Source: an uncultured Gammaproteobacteria bacterium
GTDB lineage: Bacteria > Patescibacteriota > Microgenomatia > JAMCZE01
Direction: 5' to 3'
DNA: 64,000 bases
Assembly (NCBI GenBank): GCA_964576435.1
Contig: CAZNUP010000001.1
Coordinates: 294,795 to 358,794, forward strand
Shown: piece by piece, positions 8,481 to 20,174 of the stretch
Numbering within the stretch: position 1 is the first letter of the stretch
How the letters are laid out: each line of letters begins with the position of its first letter
Translations under genes and position numbers: made by a program
The notes under the pieces: model-generated
Databases searched by the model: none
What the model saw: only the letters and a program-made list of their open reading frames with translations
Told to the model about the DNA's origin: nothing

Positions 8481-10379
8481 CTATTTAACAACTTCACCTT
8501 CAACAGGTTCCTCTGGATTTGGAGGTGTCTCTTGCCCAGTTGCATCTCCTTCTTGTGGGGCCTGTTGTCCACTGTCTCCAGGTTGTGGTTGACCACCCAT
8601 GCCTCCCATTGCTGGTCCAAGTTTCTGAAGGCTGTCAGAAAGTTCTCTGGTTTTGGCTTCAATATCAGCCTTTTCAGTGGCTCCTTTAACAGCCGAGATC
8701 TTATCTTCAATCTCTTTCTTGAGATCTGCTGGTGCCTTGTCTCCTGCGTCGGAGAGGGCCCTTTCAGCTGTAAAGACTAGAGAATCAGCTTGATTCTTGG
8801 CGTCAATTGACTCCTTCTTAGCCTTATCCTCCTCAGCATGTGCTTCGGCCTCTTTGGTCATCTTTTCAACTTCTTCTTTTGAAAGACCAGTTGATCCGGT
8901 GATCTTAATTGTCTGTACTTTGCCAGAAGCTTTGTCCTGAGCTTTTACAGACAAAATGCCTGAGGCATCGATGTCAAAAGACACCTCGACTTGTGGCACT
9001 CCTCTTGGTGCCGGTGGAATTCCGTCCAAGGTAAAGCGTCCAAGAGACTTATTATCAGCCGCCATTGGTCTCTCACCCTGTAGGACATTAATTTCCACTT
9101 GTGTCTGATTGTCAGCAGCTGTTGAAAACACCTGTGACTTTGACGATGGAATTGTTGTATTCCTAGCAATAAGTGGAGTAGACACTCCGCCAAGGGTCTC
9201 AATCCCAAGGGTAAGGGGAGTAACATCCAAAAGAAGGACGTCTTTAACTTCTCCACCTAAGACTCCTCCTTGAACAGCGGCGCCAATTGCAACCACTTCG
9301 TCAGGATTGACACTTTTATTTGGTTCTTTGCCAAAGAATTTGGTCACTGCTTCGACCACTTTTGGCATCCTTGTCATTCCTCCAACAAGAACCACCTCGT
9401 CAATGTCAGAAATTTGTTTTCCGGCATCTGCAAGAGCTTTCTTGCATGGCTCTAACGTTTTTTGGATAAGTGGATCAACGATTTTCTCAAGTTGTGCTCG
9501 TGACAGCTTCATTGTTAAGTGAAGTGGTCCACTTGGCCCCTGAGTTATAAATGGCTGATTGATTTCTGCTTCACTTGAAGAAGAAAGTTCAATCTTTGCT
9601 TTTTCAGCTGACTCCCTGAGTCTTTGCAAAGCTTGTGGATCTTTTCTAAGGTCCACATTATTTTCCTTCTTAAATTCTTCAGCAATGTAATCAATGATGG
9701 CCTTATCAAAGTCATCTCCACCAAGGTGAGTATCACCATTTGTGGATTTAACTTCATAAACGCCTTCACCAAGTTCCAAGATGGAAACATCAAATGTTCC
9801 ACCCCCAAGGTCATAAACTGCAATGGTGTGAGCATTTTTCTTATCAAGCCCGTATGCCAAAGCTGCTGCTGTTGGTTCGTTGATAATTCTAAGAACTTCA
9901 AGTCCAGCAATTTCTCCAGCTTGCTTGGTTGCCTGGCGTTCTGAATCATCAAAGTACGCAGGAACTGTAATAACAGCCTGGGTCACTTTTCCACCAAGAT
10001 ATGCCTCAGCATCTGCTTTGATTTTTTGAAGAATCATTGCTGACACTTCCTGTGGTGTAAAGGTTCGACCTTCAACTTCAACAACTGCCATGTCGTCTCT
10101 CCCAGCCTTAATGGTGTAGGGGAGCCACTTCATGTCATTCTGAACACTCTTGTCAGAAAACTTTTTACCCATAAGTCTCTTAATGGAAAAGATTGTTTGT
10201 TTTGGTTTAAGAACTAGTTGTCTTTTAGCAACGTCTCCAACAACATGTGTGATTGGGTCAACAACTGATGGAATAACATTTCTCCCTTCAGCAGAGTGAA
10301 TAACTTTAGGAGCTCCTCCCTCCATAACTGCTACGCAGGAATTTGTTGTACCTAAATCAATGCCTATAATTTTACCCAT
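8481..10379 (-). CDS. dnaK: chaperone DnaK (Hsp70)
   Basis: [44 protein letters not shown]. Confidence 0.99.
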   Translation of the reverse strand: MGKIIGIDLGTTNSCVAVMEGGAPKVIHSAEGRNVIPSVVDPITHVVGDVAKRQLVLKPKQTIFSIKRLMGKKFSDKSVQNDMKWLPYTIKAGRDDMAVVEVEGRTFTPQEVSAMILQKIKADAEAYLGGKVTQAVITVPAYFDDSERQATKQAGEIAGLEVLRIINEPTAAALAYGLDKKNAHTIAVYDLGGGTFDVSILELGEGVYEVKSTNGDTHLGGDDFDKAIIDYIAEEFKKENNVDLRKDPQALQRLRESAEKAKIELSSSSEAEINQPFITQGPSGPLHLTMKLSRAQLEKIVDPLIQKTLEPCKKALADAGKQISDIDEVVLVGGMTRMPKVVEAVTKFFGKEPNKSVNPDEVVAIGAAVQGGVLGGEVKDVLLLDVTPLTLGIETLGGVSTPLIARNTTIPSSKSQVFSTAADNQTQVEINVLQGERPMAADNKSLGRFTLDGIPPAPRGVPQVEVSFDIDASGILSVKAQDKASGKVQTIKITGSTGLSKEEVEKMTKEAEAHAEEDKAKKESIDAKNQADSLVFTAERALSDAGDKAPADLKKEIEDKISAVKGATEKADIEAKTRELSDSLQKLGPAMGGMGGQPQPGDSGQQAPQEGDATGQETPPNPEEPVEGEVVK

Positions 10380-10385
10380 ATGTTT

Positions 10386-10841
10386 TTAAGCTGAGACTAC
10401 GACCTTTGCCGGTCTCAGTGTTTTATCTTTAAATAAATAACCTTTTTGTAACACTTTTACTATTTTATTTTTATCTTCTCCAGGTTCCGTGCTTATAACC
10501 TCTGCTATATTTGGATCAAATTCTTTTCCTTCAAGTTCAATTTCCACTACTCCCTCTGATTTTAAAACATTTTTTAGTTTACTAACTACTAGTTCTAGTC
10601 CTTGGTCTTTTGTATGTTCTTGAGTTTTTTCAAGATCATCAAGGACCTCCAAAAGTTTTTTAATTAAATCAGCTGTTGCATAAGTTGCGTATGATTCTTT
10701 CCAAACTTGAGTTTGCCTTTCCAAATTTTGGTAATCGGCAAGTGCTCGTAAATATTTATCTTTAAATTCGTCTTGTACTGGTTGTTGATCGTTTGTATCT
10801 AAGTTCTGGTTATCTGCTGGATTTGTATTATTGTCGTCCAT
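10386..10841 (-). CDS. grpE: nucleotide exchange factor GrpE
   Basis: YLRALADYQN, FDP, LQKGY...LRPAKVVV; between hrcA and dnaK. ATG 10841 chosen over GTG 10850. Confidence 0.95.
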   Translation of the reverse strand: MDDNNTNPADNQNLDTNDQQPVQDEFKDKYLRALADYQNLERQTQVWKESYATYATADLIKKLLEVLDDLEKTQEHTKDQGLELVVSKLKNVLKSEGVVEIELEGKEFDPNIAEVISTEPGEDKNKIVKVLQKGYLFKDKTLRPAKVVVSA

Positions 10842-10843
10842 AA

Positions 10844-11572
10844 TTACCACTGATTAACTAATTCGTCCATAAGCCCACCTAAATATCTCACAGTTGGAAT
10901 AAGTTTGGGATAGTTAAGTCGGCATGGACCAACGACTCCGATTACTCCTTCATGTTCAGTTCCTTGTCCAAATTTAGTAAAGACAATTGCGCATGGAACT
11001 AATGAATCTTGCCCAAGATCCTCGGCAACTAAAATTTGCATGTCCTCATTTCCAGCCTTTGCAAAAATTTTATTCAAATATTCAAAATGGTCAAGTAGAG
11101 ATAAAACAGTTCTAGTTAAATCGATATCATAAAATTCCGGCATCGATAAAATATTTGCAGTCCCAGAATAGTAAGCATCTCCGTCAGAACTTGACGCAAC
11201 TGCAAGTGATTTAGTGCGGTCCGCAAGTTCTCTGGTTGCTTCGCGAAGTGCTTTTTCAAATTCCGTTTTATAGTCCCACACTTTTTCTTTCATTTTCACT
11301 TCATCAGTGACTGAAAGATCTTTAGTCTGCATTAAGTTATTCACATAAAACTTCAAAGCCATTGGTGTTGGCACTCTGCCAGCGCTAGTATGTGGTTGTT
11401 TCAAATATCCAAGTTTCAAAAGCTGTGCCATCTCATTTCGAAGTGTGGCAGGGGAAACTCCTAAGTTATATTTCTTATCAAGTGTGACCGATCCAACAGG
11501 TTCAGCTGTCTCGATATAGTCATCAATTATGTATTTGAGTATTTTCGTCTGGCGGTCAGATAGATCACTCAT
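10844..11572 (-). CDS. hrcA: heat-inducible transcription repressor HrcA (short form)
   Basis: EPVGS, SPATLRNEM, QPHTSAGRVPT, GVVGPCRLNY; CIRCE immediately upstream. Confidence 0.95.
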   Translation of the reverse strand: MSDLSDRQTKILKYIIDDYIETAEPVGSVTLDKKYNLGVSPATLRNEMAQLLKLGYLKQPHTSAGRVPTPMALKFYVNNLMQTKDLSVTDEVKMKEKVWDYKTEFEKALREATRELADRTKSLAVASSSDGDAYYSGTANILSMPEFYDIDLTRTVLSLLDHFEYLNKIFAKAGNEDMQILVAEDLGQDSLVPCAIVFTKFGQGTEHEGVIGVVGPCRLNYPKLIPTVRYLGGLMDELVNQW

Positions 11573-11576
11573 ATAG

Positions 11577-11603
11577 TTAGCACTAAAATACCACGAGTGC
11601 TAA
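11577..11603 (-). promoter_or_regulatory. CIRCE operator (HrcA site) of the hrcA-grpE-dnaK operon
   Basis: Minus strand TTAGCACTC-GTGGTATTT-TAGTGCTAA, one mismatch to TTAGCACTC-N9-GAGTGCTAA. Confidence 0.95.
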
Positions 11604-11613
11604 GTGTTGTCAA
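11585..11613 (-). promoter_or_regulatory. sigma70-type promoter of hrcA
   Basis: TTGACA (11613-11608), 17-nt spacer, TGG-TATTTT (-10 at 11590-11585); the -10 box overlaps the CIRCE. Confidence 0.8.
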
Positions 11614-11640
11614 TACCTGTCATGTGGTCTACTATTAAGT

Positions 11641-13083
11641 GTGGCTACTAAAAAGAAAAAAAACGATCACAAAACTTTGAAAAAAATACTAGTTGTTATT
11701 GCCTTAGTCCTCTTAGTTCCTTTGACTGCCTATGCAAGTAGTAGGGTTGTAAATTTGTTTTCCAGCGCTTCAAGTACTCCAGCAGACATTATTGTGGATG
11801 TTCAAAAATCTCAAGCCAATCTTGAAAGACCATGGCAAGGCCTTTCTCAAGGAGGCGAACAAGAGGTTCCTGGACAACTCGTCTCTCTAGCTCCAACGGC
11901 GGGGAAAGTCAAAAACCTGGGAACTAAATACGTCCGAATTGACCATGTTTTAGAAGAACCATTCAATAATACAGTGAGGTCTAGGGTTCAAGAAATTGTC
12001 GATTCTGGTGCCACCCCCTTTATTGCTCTTTCCTATTTCCCAAGTGATGTAGCAGGAAGTAATGTGGGCACCCCAACTAACTATGCCGCTTGGCGAGCAA
12101 AAGTAAAAAACTTAATTGAAGAAGTTAGTGGCAAAGACAAAATGAATATTCAAAATGTCTATTACGAAGTTTGGAATGAACCTGATGGAGAAAACTTTGG
12201 TGCGTTTAATATAGGAAGGGGTAAAGACTATTTTGAACTATATAAACAAACTGTTGATGCTGCTAATTCTGCACAAAATGTGAACAATTTCAAAATAGGT
12301 GGCCCCGCTCTTGCTGACTTAAGGCGTTGTGAGAATGGTTTAATTTTTATTTGTCAAAAGTTTTGGCTAGATAAATTCCTAGAACTTGTTGATTTGAATA
12401 AAACCAGGTTAGATTTCATTTCTTGGCACAGATATTCAACAAATATAGATGACTACAAAGAAGATGTTAATTTTATTAACGATCTTTATACCCACTACCA
12501 AACTCTCCCTCCTGCGGAAAAAATTATTACCGAGTGGGGGTCTGTTCCCCAAAGAAGTCCAATTCACAACACTGTATTTGATGCCGCTCATTTAGTTGCG
12601 GCAGCCAGAACTTTTATTGGCCATGTTGATTTAGCGACAAAGTTTGAAGTTAGAGATGGACCAGATTCCGGAGATCAAGGTTGGGGAATTCTTTATCATG
12701 GTGGAGCAGAGAAACCAACTTATCATGCGCTTGAAATGCTCAACAAATTAAGATCTGAAAAACTTTTAGTTTCAGGGGAGGGTTCCAATGTCACAGGAAT
12801 AGCAAGTCGTGACAGTAGCGGTGTCACTTTAATTTTATCTAATTATGACCGCTCGTCAGGCCATGCAGAACTTGTTCCAATTAAAATAGTTAATCTTGTT
12901 CCAGGAACTTATGAAGTTACGAAAGACGTATTAAATAGTAATTTCCCAAATGGAAAAGAAACAAAAACTACCAGCACTTTTATAAATGGAACTTTTCAAA
13001 CAGAAGAAGCAATGACACCAAATAGTATCGTGCTATATGATTTGAAGCTGACGGAACTATTGTCGACAGAATCTAACCCTTAA
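11641..13083 (+). CDS. membrane-anchored glycoside hydrolase, GH39-like (clan GH-A)
   Basis: N-terminal basic plus hydrophobic anchor; YEVWNEPD acid/base, KIGGPA, DFISWHRY, ITEW nucleophile. Confidence 0.82.
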   Translation: MATKKKKNDHKTLKKILVVIALVLLVPLTAYASSRVVNLFSSASSTPADIIVDVQKSQANLERPWQGLSQGGEQEVPGQLVSLAPTAGKVKNLGTKYVRIDHVLEEPFNNTVRSRVQEIVDSGATPFIALSYFPSDVAGSNVGTPTNYAAWRAKVKNLIEEVSGKDKMNIQNVYYEVWNEPDGENFGAFNIGRGKDYFELYKQTVDAANSAQNVNNFKIGGPALADLRRCENGLIFICQKFWLDKFLELVDLNKTRLDFISWHRYSTNIDDYKEDVNFINDLYTHYQTLPPAEKIITEWGSVPQRSPIHNTVFDAAHLVAAARTFIGHVDLATKFEVRDGPDSGDQGWGILYHGGAEKPTYHALEMLNKLRSEKLLVSGEGSNVTGIASRDSSGVTLILSNYDRSSGHAELVPIKIVNLVPGTYEVTKDVLNSNFPNGKETKTTSTFINGTFQTEEAMTPNSIVLYDLKLTELLSTESNP

Positions 13084-13089
13084 ATTGTT

Positions 13090-13837
13090 CTATTGAAACT
13101 CTACAAGTAATGGTGAATGGTCAGAAACTACATCGGGAAGAACTTCAAATTTTGCTACTTTTACATTCGGTGAAACAAAAATATAGTCCGCCCATTTTTC
13201 AGGTTTTGTATAAAGACTAGTCCTTGTAGATTGGATATTATTTTCTATTACAAGGTTTCTAAATTTAGATTCCAACATTTTTACACTTTTTGTATCAGGT
13301 CGCAGGTTGAAGTCGCCACATAAAACCATATTGTCTTGTTGTTGAGAAACTAGATCTAAAATTGCCTGTGACTGGTTTATCCTAACGGGGTTATCTTGTT
13401 TATCACCTGGAACCCAATGCCCATGTGTATTCATAATTAAATACTTCCTTCCATCTCTGCCTTCAATATTAAGCCATAGGAGTTTTCTGCTGTGATCAGC
13501 AGACTCGTCGTTTGGGCCGGGATTTGGATTATCGTAAGTAACAATATTTCCCTGGTTTGTGACTGTTAAATCATTTTTAACAAAAGTTGCCACTCCATAA
13601 AAATCTTCAAAGTTAGGACAAAAATAGGCAGTGTAATTTTTTAAAACACCCTTCAAATAATCTAATAGATTAGGATTTGTCCCTTCGAGTGTGAAGAAGT
13701 CGTTGTAGTTGTGCTGGTACTTATCGAATACTTCCTGAAAACAAAATATATCAGTTCTATTGGCTTTTCTTTCAACAAACTTTTCAAATGGCTCTCGTAC
13801 TTTGGCACCCCCAAGTATTTAGTGTAATAAGTTCCAT
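13090..13837 (-). pseudogene. endonuclease/exonuclease/phosphatase (EEP) family gene with a frameshift near the 5' end
   Basis: ATG 13837 gives MELITLNTWG, then the frame breaks in a G5 run (13808-13812). Removing one G restores ...AKVREPF...DIFCFQEV..., continuous with ORF 13090-13656 (NTH, GDFN, DYIF, SDHSPL). Confidence 0.8.
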
Positions 13838-13885
13838 ATTTGTCAAAGAATTATACTCAAAACATCCTCTAGTTTAAAGCGCCCC

Positions 13886-13915
13886 TTGACAATCAATCTT
13901 TTTATTAATTAAAAT
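13886..13915 (+). promoter_or_regulatory. sigma70-type promoter of groES-groEL
   Basis: TTGACA 13886-13891, 18-nt spacer, TAAAAT 13910-13915, 8 nt before the ATG. Confidence 0.75.
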
Positions 13916-13923
13916 CGCACTCA

Positions 13924-15878
<1,955 letters not shown>

Positions 15879-16037
15879 TTGATTATTCGTTATAAAATTC
15901 ACTCTCCACGGCTGAAAACATTATTTGATTCTTGAAGACCTACCAGTCTAGACTCGTAGCTTTGCGAAGTAAGATTTCCATTGAACTATTATGGCAAAAT
16001 AGTTGTGTTTTTGAGATATTTGTCTTAAATTGAGGCC

Positions 16038-16934
16038 ATGAAAGGTATTTGTAAGTTATGCGGTCGTGAATCTGAACTCCAAAGAAGCCACCTAATACCT
16101 AAATTTGTAATAAATTGGCTAAAGGATACCTCTGTCACTGGGTATTTGAGACAAGCCGTCAATATCAATTTAAGACAACAAGATGGCCCTAAAGAATACT
16201 TGTTTTGTTGGGATTGTGAACAGTTGATTGGCACTTTTGAATCCAGATTTGCTGAAGTTATATTTCATCCTTACATCTCAGGAGAATTAGATGATTGGGG
16301 AAGTCAAACTGGTGCTATAAAGTTTTTTGATTATGACAAATGGCTCTTAAAGTTTGTAGTTAGTCTTCAATTGAGAGATTTGTTATCAATGAAGCAAGAG
16401 GTAAAGGACGATATTGGGTCTAAAAATATGGATTTTCTTGAAAACCAGGTATCTATTTTCAAAGAATTTTTATTAGGAAAGAGAAATAATACAGGTGAAA
16501 ACCATTCATATATAATTTTTTTTCAAAACTTAATGTTCGGGAATGGCACTCTCCCTAAAGGAATGAGTAAGAACATTAATTTATATCTCCTTAGATCAAT
16601 AGACTCAACAGTTATTGTTAGTCCAACAACTTTAGGTAATTACTCAAAGATTGGACCAATAGCTTTTGTAACCAGTTATTTCCCTTCAGAATTAAAAGAC
16701 ATGTCGGGTTTGATCCATCAAAAAGGAAGAATACCTGTTGTACAGTACTTGAAGAATAGAAGAATAAACAACTTTATTTTCATAGACAGACCAAATGAAA
16801 GCTTCCAATTGTCACAAATAAGTTCGAAACAGCAAGAGATAATTGAAAAAAGTTTTGAAAATAATAAGGATCGTACATTGGCAACAATGCACGGTAAAGC
16901 GTTGTTATCAGATGAAATTATGTCTCATAATTAA
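16038..16934 (+). CDS. hypothetical protein with N-terminal zinc-binding HNH-like motif
   Basis: CKLC...SHLIP...LFCWDCE pattern; AT-rich; lone gene between groEL and hup. Confidence 0.65.
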   Translation: MKGICKLCGRESELQRSHLIPKFVINWLKDTSVTGYLRQAVNINLRQQDGPKEYLFCWDCEQLIGTFESRFAEVIFHPYISGELDDWGSQTGAIKFFDYDKWLLKFVVSLQLRDLLSMKQEVKDDIGSKNMDFLENQVSIFKEFLLGKRNNTGENHSYIIFFQNLMFGNGTLPKGMSKNINLYLLRSIDSTVIVSPTTLGNYSKIGPIAFVTSYFPSELKDMSGLIHQKGRIPVVQYLKNRRINNFIFIDRPNESFQLSQISSKQQEIIEKSFENNKDRTLATMHGKALLSDEIMSHN

Positions 16935-17221
16935 AGAATCTGTTGACCATTTTTAGATTAAATAGGGGATTAATTCAAAAGAGATTTTAAAATATAGATA
17001 ATTGATAGCCGTTTTCTACGTGTTTTGTTAAATTGATTTCATGTCCCCCCGTTTTACTCTTATTACATCCTGCCAAGGATGGTGGTTACCTCTTAGTGAA
17101 TTGTTTGATTCTGCACTCTATTTATTGATCGATTTGTGGTCCTGTCAAACTGTAGTCACAAATTAATCACCTTTTAATTTAGTACCGTCAAATTGACACT
17201 TTTTGTATGGACTGTGATCTA

Positions 17222-17250
17222 TTGACAAAGCATTTGTTGGTTGCTAAATT
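17222..17250 (+). promoter_or_regulatory. sigma70-type promoter upstream of hup
   Basis: TTGACA 17222-17227, 17-nt spacer, TGC-TAAATT (-10 at 17245-17250). Confidence 0.7.
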
Positions 17251-17404
17251 GACTTTCAGAATAGTCCAAAGTAAACTGCCTGTGAATATAACATTATCTT
17301 CTAACAAGGCCGCATCCGGATTGTCAGAACAACCTAAACCAAACTGGTTGCCCAAACAATATATTTCTTGTTTTCAAAAAATTTTTTTGAAGACGTTGAT
17401 TTTG

Positions 17405-17414
17405 AAGGAGGTGA
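17405..17414 (+). promoter_or_regulatory. strong Shine-Dalgarno sequence of hup
   Basis: AAGGAGGTGA ending 7 nt before ATG 17422. Confidence 0.85.
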
Positions 17415-17421
17415 ATAATTA

Positions 17422-17694
17422 ATGACAAAAGCAGATCTCGTTGACGTAGTTGCAAAGAAAGCATCCTTGACCAATAAAGCATCTAGAGAATCAGTCCAAG
17501 CAATTTTGGATTCCATTCGCGACGCTTTAAAGAGAGGGGAAAAAGTAGTCATCACTGGATTTGGAACTTTTTCTGTTCGCTCTAGAGCAGCAAGAACTGG
17601 AAGAAATCCACAAACTGGAGCTTCCATCCAAATTTCCGCCAGAAAAACCCCTGGGTTTACCGCTGGTAAAGCTTTGAAGAAAGCAATTAGATAA
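17422..17694 (+). CDS. hup: DNA-binding protein HU
   Basis: MTKADLV, GFGTF, RTGRNPQTG, F.AGKALK. Confidence 0.97.
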   Translation: MTKADLVDVVAKKASLTNKASRESVQAILDSIRDALKRGEKVVITGFGTFSVRSRAARTGRNPQTGASIQISARKTPGFTAGKALKKAIR

Positions 17695-17721
17695 CACGTA
17701 AGCCTTGCGTCAAACTAAGTG

Positions 17722-17739
17722 TCCCCGAATTTTCGGGGA
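17722..17739. terminator. hairpin between convergent hup and nrnA
   Basis: TCCCCGAA-TT-TTCGGGGA inverted repeat followed by GTTT. Confidence 0.6.
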
Positions 17740-17757
17740 GTTTGGCGTTTTAAAAAG

Positions 17758-18777
17758 TTAGGGTTGGCCAAGCTCTGGATAGGTTTTTTGAATAGTCTCC
17801 AATAAAAACTGTTTGGCTTCTTTAAACGGTTTTGTAATTCTTGCTCCCGCAGCAACTGCGTGTCCTCCTCCAGAACCAGTAGCTGCTGCAATTTTTGCCA
17901 CATCCCATTTTTCAGGATTTCTTGTTCTGAAACTTATGTTAACAATTCCTGGTTCAATCTCTGTAAATCTAATTCCAATATCCCATCCAACGACTGATTT
18001 TAAAATATTTGGAATATCTGTCTTTTCTGTATCTTTCTTCAAAATTCCATTAGCTTTCATTTGTTCGTAGCTGACGGCAGATATGGCAACTTTGTTTCCA
18101 AAATAATGCTCAATGGATGAAAGTGATAGTCCTAAAAATATTACTTGTTGAGGTGATTCATTGTTTTCCAACTCAAAAATTACCTTAGGAAAATCTGGGT
18201 AAATTTTTGTAAGTTCGGAAGCTGCAGCAAAAGTATCAGACGTAGTTCGTGCATATTTAAAACCAGTATCTGTATAAATTCCTGTGAATAAATTTATTGC
18301 CATTTCCGGAGATATCTTGATGTTCCAAATTTTAAATAGGTCATAAACCATTTCAGCTACTGATCCATAGCTCGTGTCAACTAGATTTACATCAGCAAAC
18401 TCACCATTTGTTTTATGATGATCAATTTTTACAGTCCTTAAGTTATCTGGAAAAACTATTTCTCCCTTTTTTGAAATTTGATCCAGGGCACTACTGTCTA
18501 AAACCAAAAATAAATCTATCTTTTTTGTATCAACGTCAAAGTAGTTTTTTTCTTCTATTGTTTCAAAACCCGGCAAAACTTTTAGACTTTCAGGTTTTGC
18601 TGAGTCGCCAATTATGTGAGTAACATTCTTCCCAAGCCCCTTTAACATAAAAGAAAGAGCGAGTGTTGACCCGCAACTATCAGCATCCGGACTTGGATGA
18701 CAGTGAAGAAGTATATTATTTGCCTTTTCAATTTCCTCCCAAATTAAAGGAGCCATTTGTTTAACTTTGTCAGTCAT
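17758..18777 (-). CDS. nrnA: DHH/DHHA1 bifunctional oligoribonuclease / PAP phosphatase
   Basis: HPSPDAD, VLD, IDHH, GIYTDTG, SFR and GGGH motifs all intact. Confidence 0.88.
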   Translation of the reverse strand: MTDKVKQMAPLIWEEIEKANNILLHCHPSPDADSCGSTLALSFMLKGLGKNVTHIIGDSAKPESLKVLPGFETIEEKNYFDVDTKKIDLFLVLDSSALDQISKKGEIVFPDNLRTVKIDHHKTNGEFADVNLVDTSYGSVAEMVYDLFKIWNIKISPEMAINLFTGIYTDTGFKYARTTSDTFAAASELTKIYPDFPKVIFELENNESPQQVIFLGLSLSSIEHYFGNKVAISAVSYEQMKANGILKKDTEKTDIPNILKSVVGWDIGIRFTEIEPGIVNISFRTRNPEKWDVAKIAAATGSGGGHAVAAGARITKPFKEAKQFLLETIQKTYPELGQP

Positions 18778-18793
18778 AGTAAGATTGTACCAG

Positions 18794-19363
18794 ATGGCTA
18801 AAACATTTTTCCCAGGAATCCAAGAAGGGGAGAGAATCCTTTATTTCACCTCCCCAAGCCCATTAATTAAATACCTCTACTTTGCAGGTGTCCTTTTTGG
18901 TGGTGTATTGATTTTGCTTGCATTTCAAACTGTGCTTTTTGCAGTTTTCCCAAATATTTTAGTCCAAACTTTGCTTTTAATAATTCCAATAGTGACAACT
19001 GTCATTGCCTTGTGGTGGGTTCAAAAAACATTTGGTGAAACTGAACTATATATAACAGACAGGAGAGTGGTTAAATTTGCGCCAGTCTCTCCTTCTCATA
19101 AATCAGTTAGAACCCTTTTTTGGGACCAGACAGTAAAAGTCAAAACCTACCACCAAAATCCATTTTTCGACAAAATGTTTGGTTTGGGATCAGTGACAGT
19201 TCATGCAAAAAATGAATCAGATGATGTTGATATTGATCACATAATTTATCATCACGACCTTGGGAACTATATTGATAAAATTCTCTACACATTCCACAAC
19301 GCCTCTCACGATATGCCAAATATCAGAGAATTCGTCCCCAAACCCCGTGGCCAGAGATATTAA
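18794..19363 (+). CDS. membrane protein with bacterial PH domain (bPH_2-like)
   Basis: Two TM helices, then YITDRRVV...FGLGSVTV. ATG 18794 chosen to avoid overlap with nrnA. Confidence 0.75.
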   Translation: MAKTFFPGIQEGERILYFTSPSPLIKYLYFAGVLFGGVLILLAFQTVLFAVFPNILVQTLLLIIPIVTTVIALWWVQKTFGETELYITDRRVVKFAPVSPSHKSVRTLFWDQTVKVKTYHQNPFFDKMFGLGSVTVHAKNESDDVDIDHIIYHHDLGNYIDKILYTFHNASHDMPNIREFVPKPRGQRY

Positions 19364-19379
19364 GTTGTAAAATATCTTT

Positions 19380-20174
19380 GTGGACAAATACTTGACCATC
19401 TACAAAACCCAAGTCCAAAACACACTTGCTTACCGAGGTCCTATGGCTTTGTGGATTATTGGCAATTTATTGACTGTATTTACTCTCTCTGCGGTGTGGT
19501 TGTCTGTTCCAACAGACGGGGCCATAGGAGGGTTCACTAAATCTCAACTTATTTCTTATTATTTGTTTGTATTAATTCTAAATTGGTTAGTTGTTTGGCA
19601 TGCAGCACACTATGTAAAAGAAGAGATCAAAGATGGATCAATCGGTCAAAAGGTCTTAACCAAGCCAATTTCCTACTATTTAAAAAATTTATTTCACGAA
19701 ATGGGTTGGCATAGCATCTCGCCTATCGCGGGATTAGTTAGTCTTGCAATCGCACTAGTTTTTTTGCATCCATATGTAGAAATCAACCTTAGCCTGACTC
19801 AGGTAGCATTTCTAATTCCAGCCATTTTTATGGGCGGAGTTATTTGTTTTTCAATAAGTCTGTGCCTAGGCATGCTTGCTTTTTGGTTCACAGAAACAGA
19901 GTCATTACACACATTATTATGGATCGGACTTTTTATGCTTGGAGGGCAAGGTATACCATTAAGTTTTTATCCACAAAATATTCAAAATATTTTGCTACTA
20001 CTGCCATTTGCTTACATTTTCTATTTGCCCTTGGAAATTTTTTCAGGAAAGTTAACTGTACCTCAAATGTCTCAAGGATTATTAATACAAATTATTTGGA
20101 TAGCCATATTTATATTCATCTATAAATTTATGTGGGCAAAAGGTACAAGAGCTTATCAATCTTACGGAGGTTAA
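19380..20174 (+). CDS. ABC-2 family permease, pair 1 subunit A
   Basis: Multi-TM; IGGFTKSQLISY, EIKDGSI..LTKP, LAFW, PLSFYP, LPF. Confidence 0.88.
   Translation: MDKYLTIYKTQVQNTLAYRGPMALWIIGNLLTVFTLSAVWLSVPTDGAIGGFTKSQLISYYLFVLILNWLVVWHAAHYVKEEIKDGSIGQKVLTKPISYYLKNLFHEMGWHSISPIAGLVSLAIALVFLHPYVEINLSLTQVAFLIPAIFMGGVICFSISLCLGMLAFWFTETESLHTLLWIGLFMLGGQGIPLSFYPQNIQNILLLLPFAYIFYLPLEIFSGKLTVPQMSQGLLIQIIWIAIFIFIYKFMWAKGTRAYQSYGG

Noticed and set aside
8411-8710. 99-aa ORF bridging the dnaK end and dnaJ start
   Set aside because: Alternative frame of the dnaK tail running through a terminator hairpin.
10080-10200. DnaK contains the roughly 23-aa subdomain segment that Firmicutes and Actinobacteria lack, despite a sortase in the same genome
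   Set aside because: This indel is known not to track envelope type strictly, so it is not evidence of chimerism or novelty.
17207-17422. 71-aa ORF upstream of hup
   Set aside because: It overlaps the predicted hup promoter and SD and has no recognisable features.
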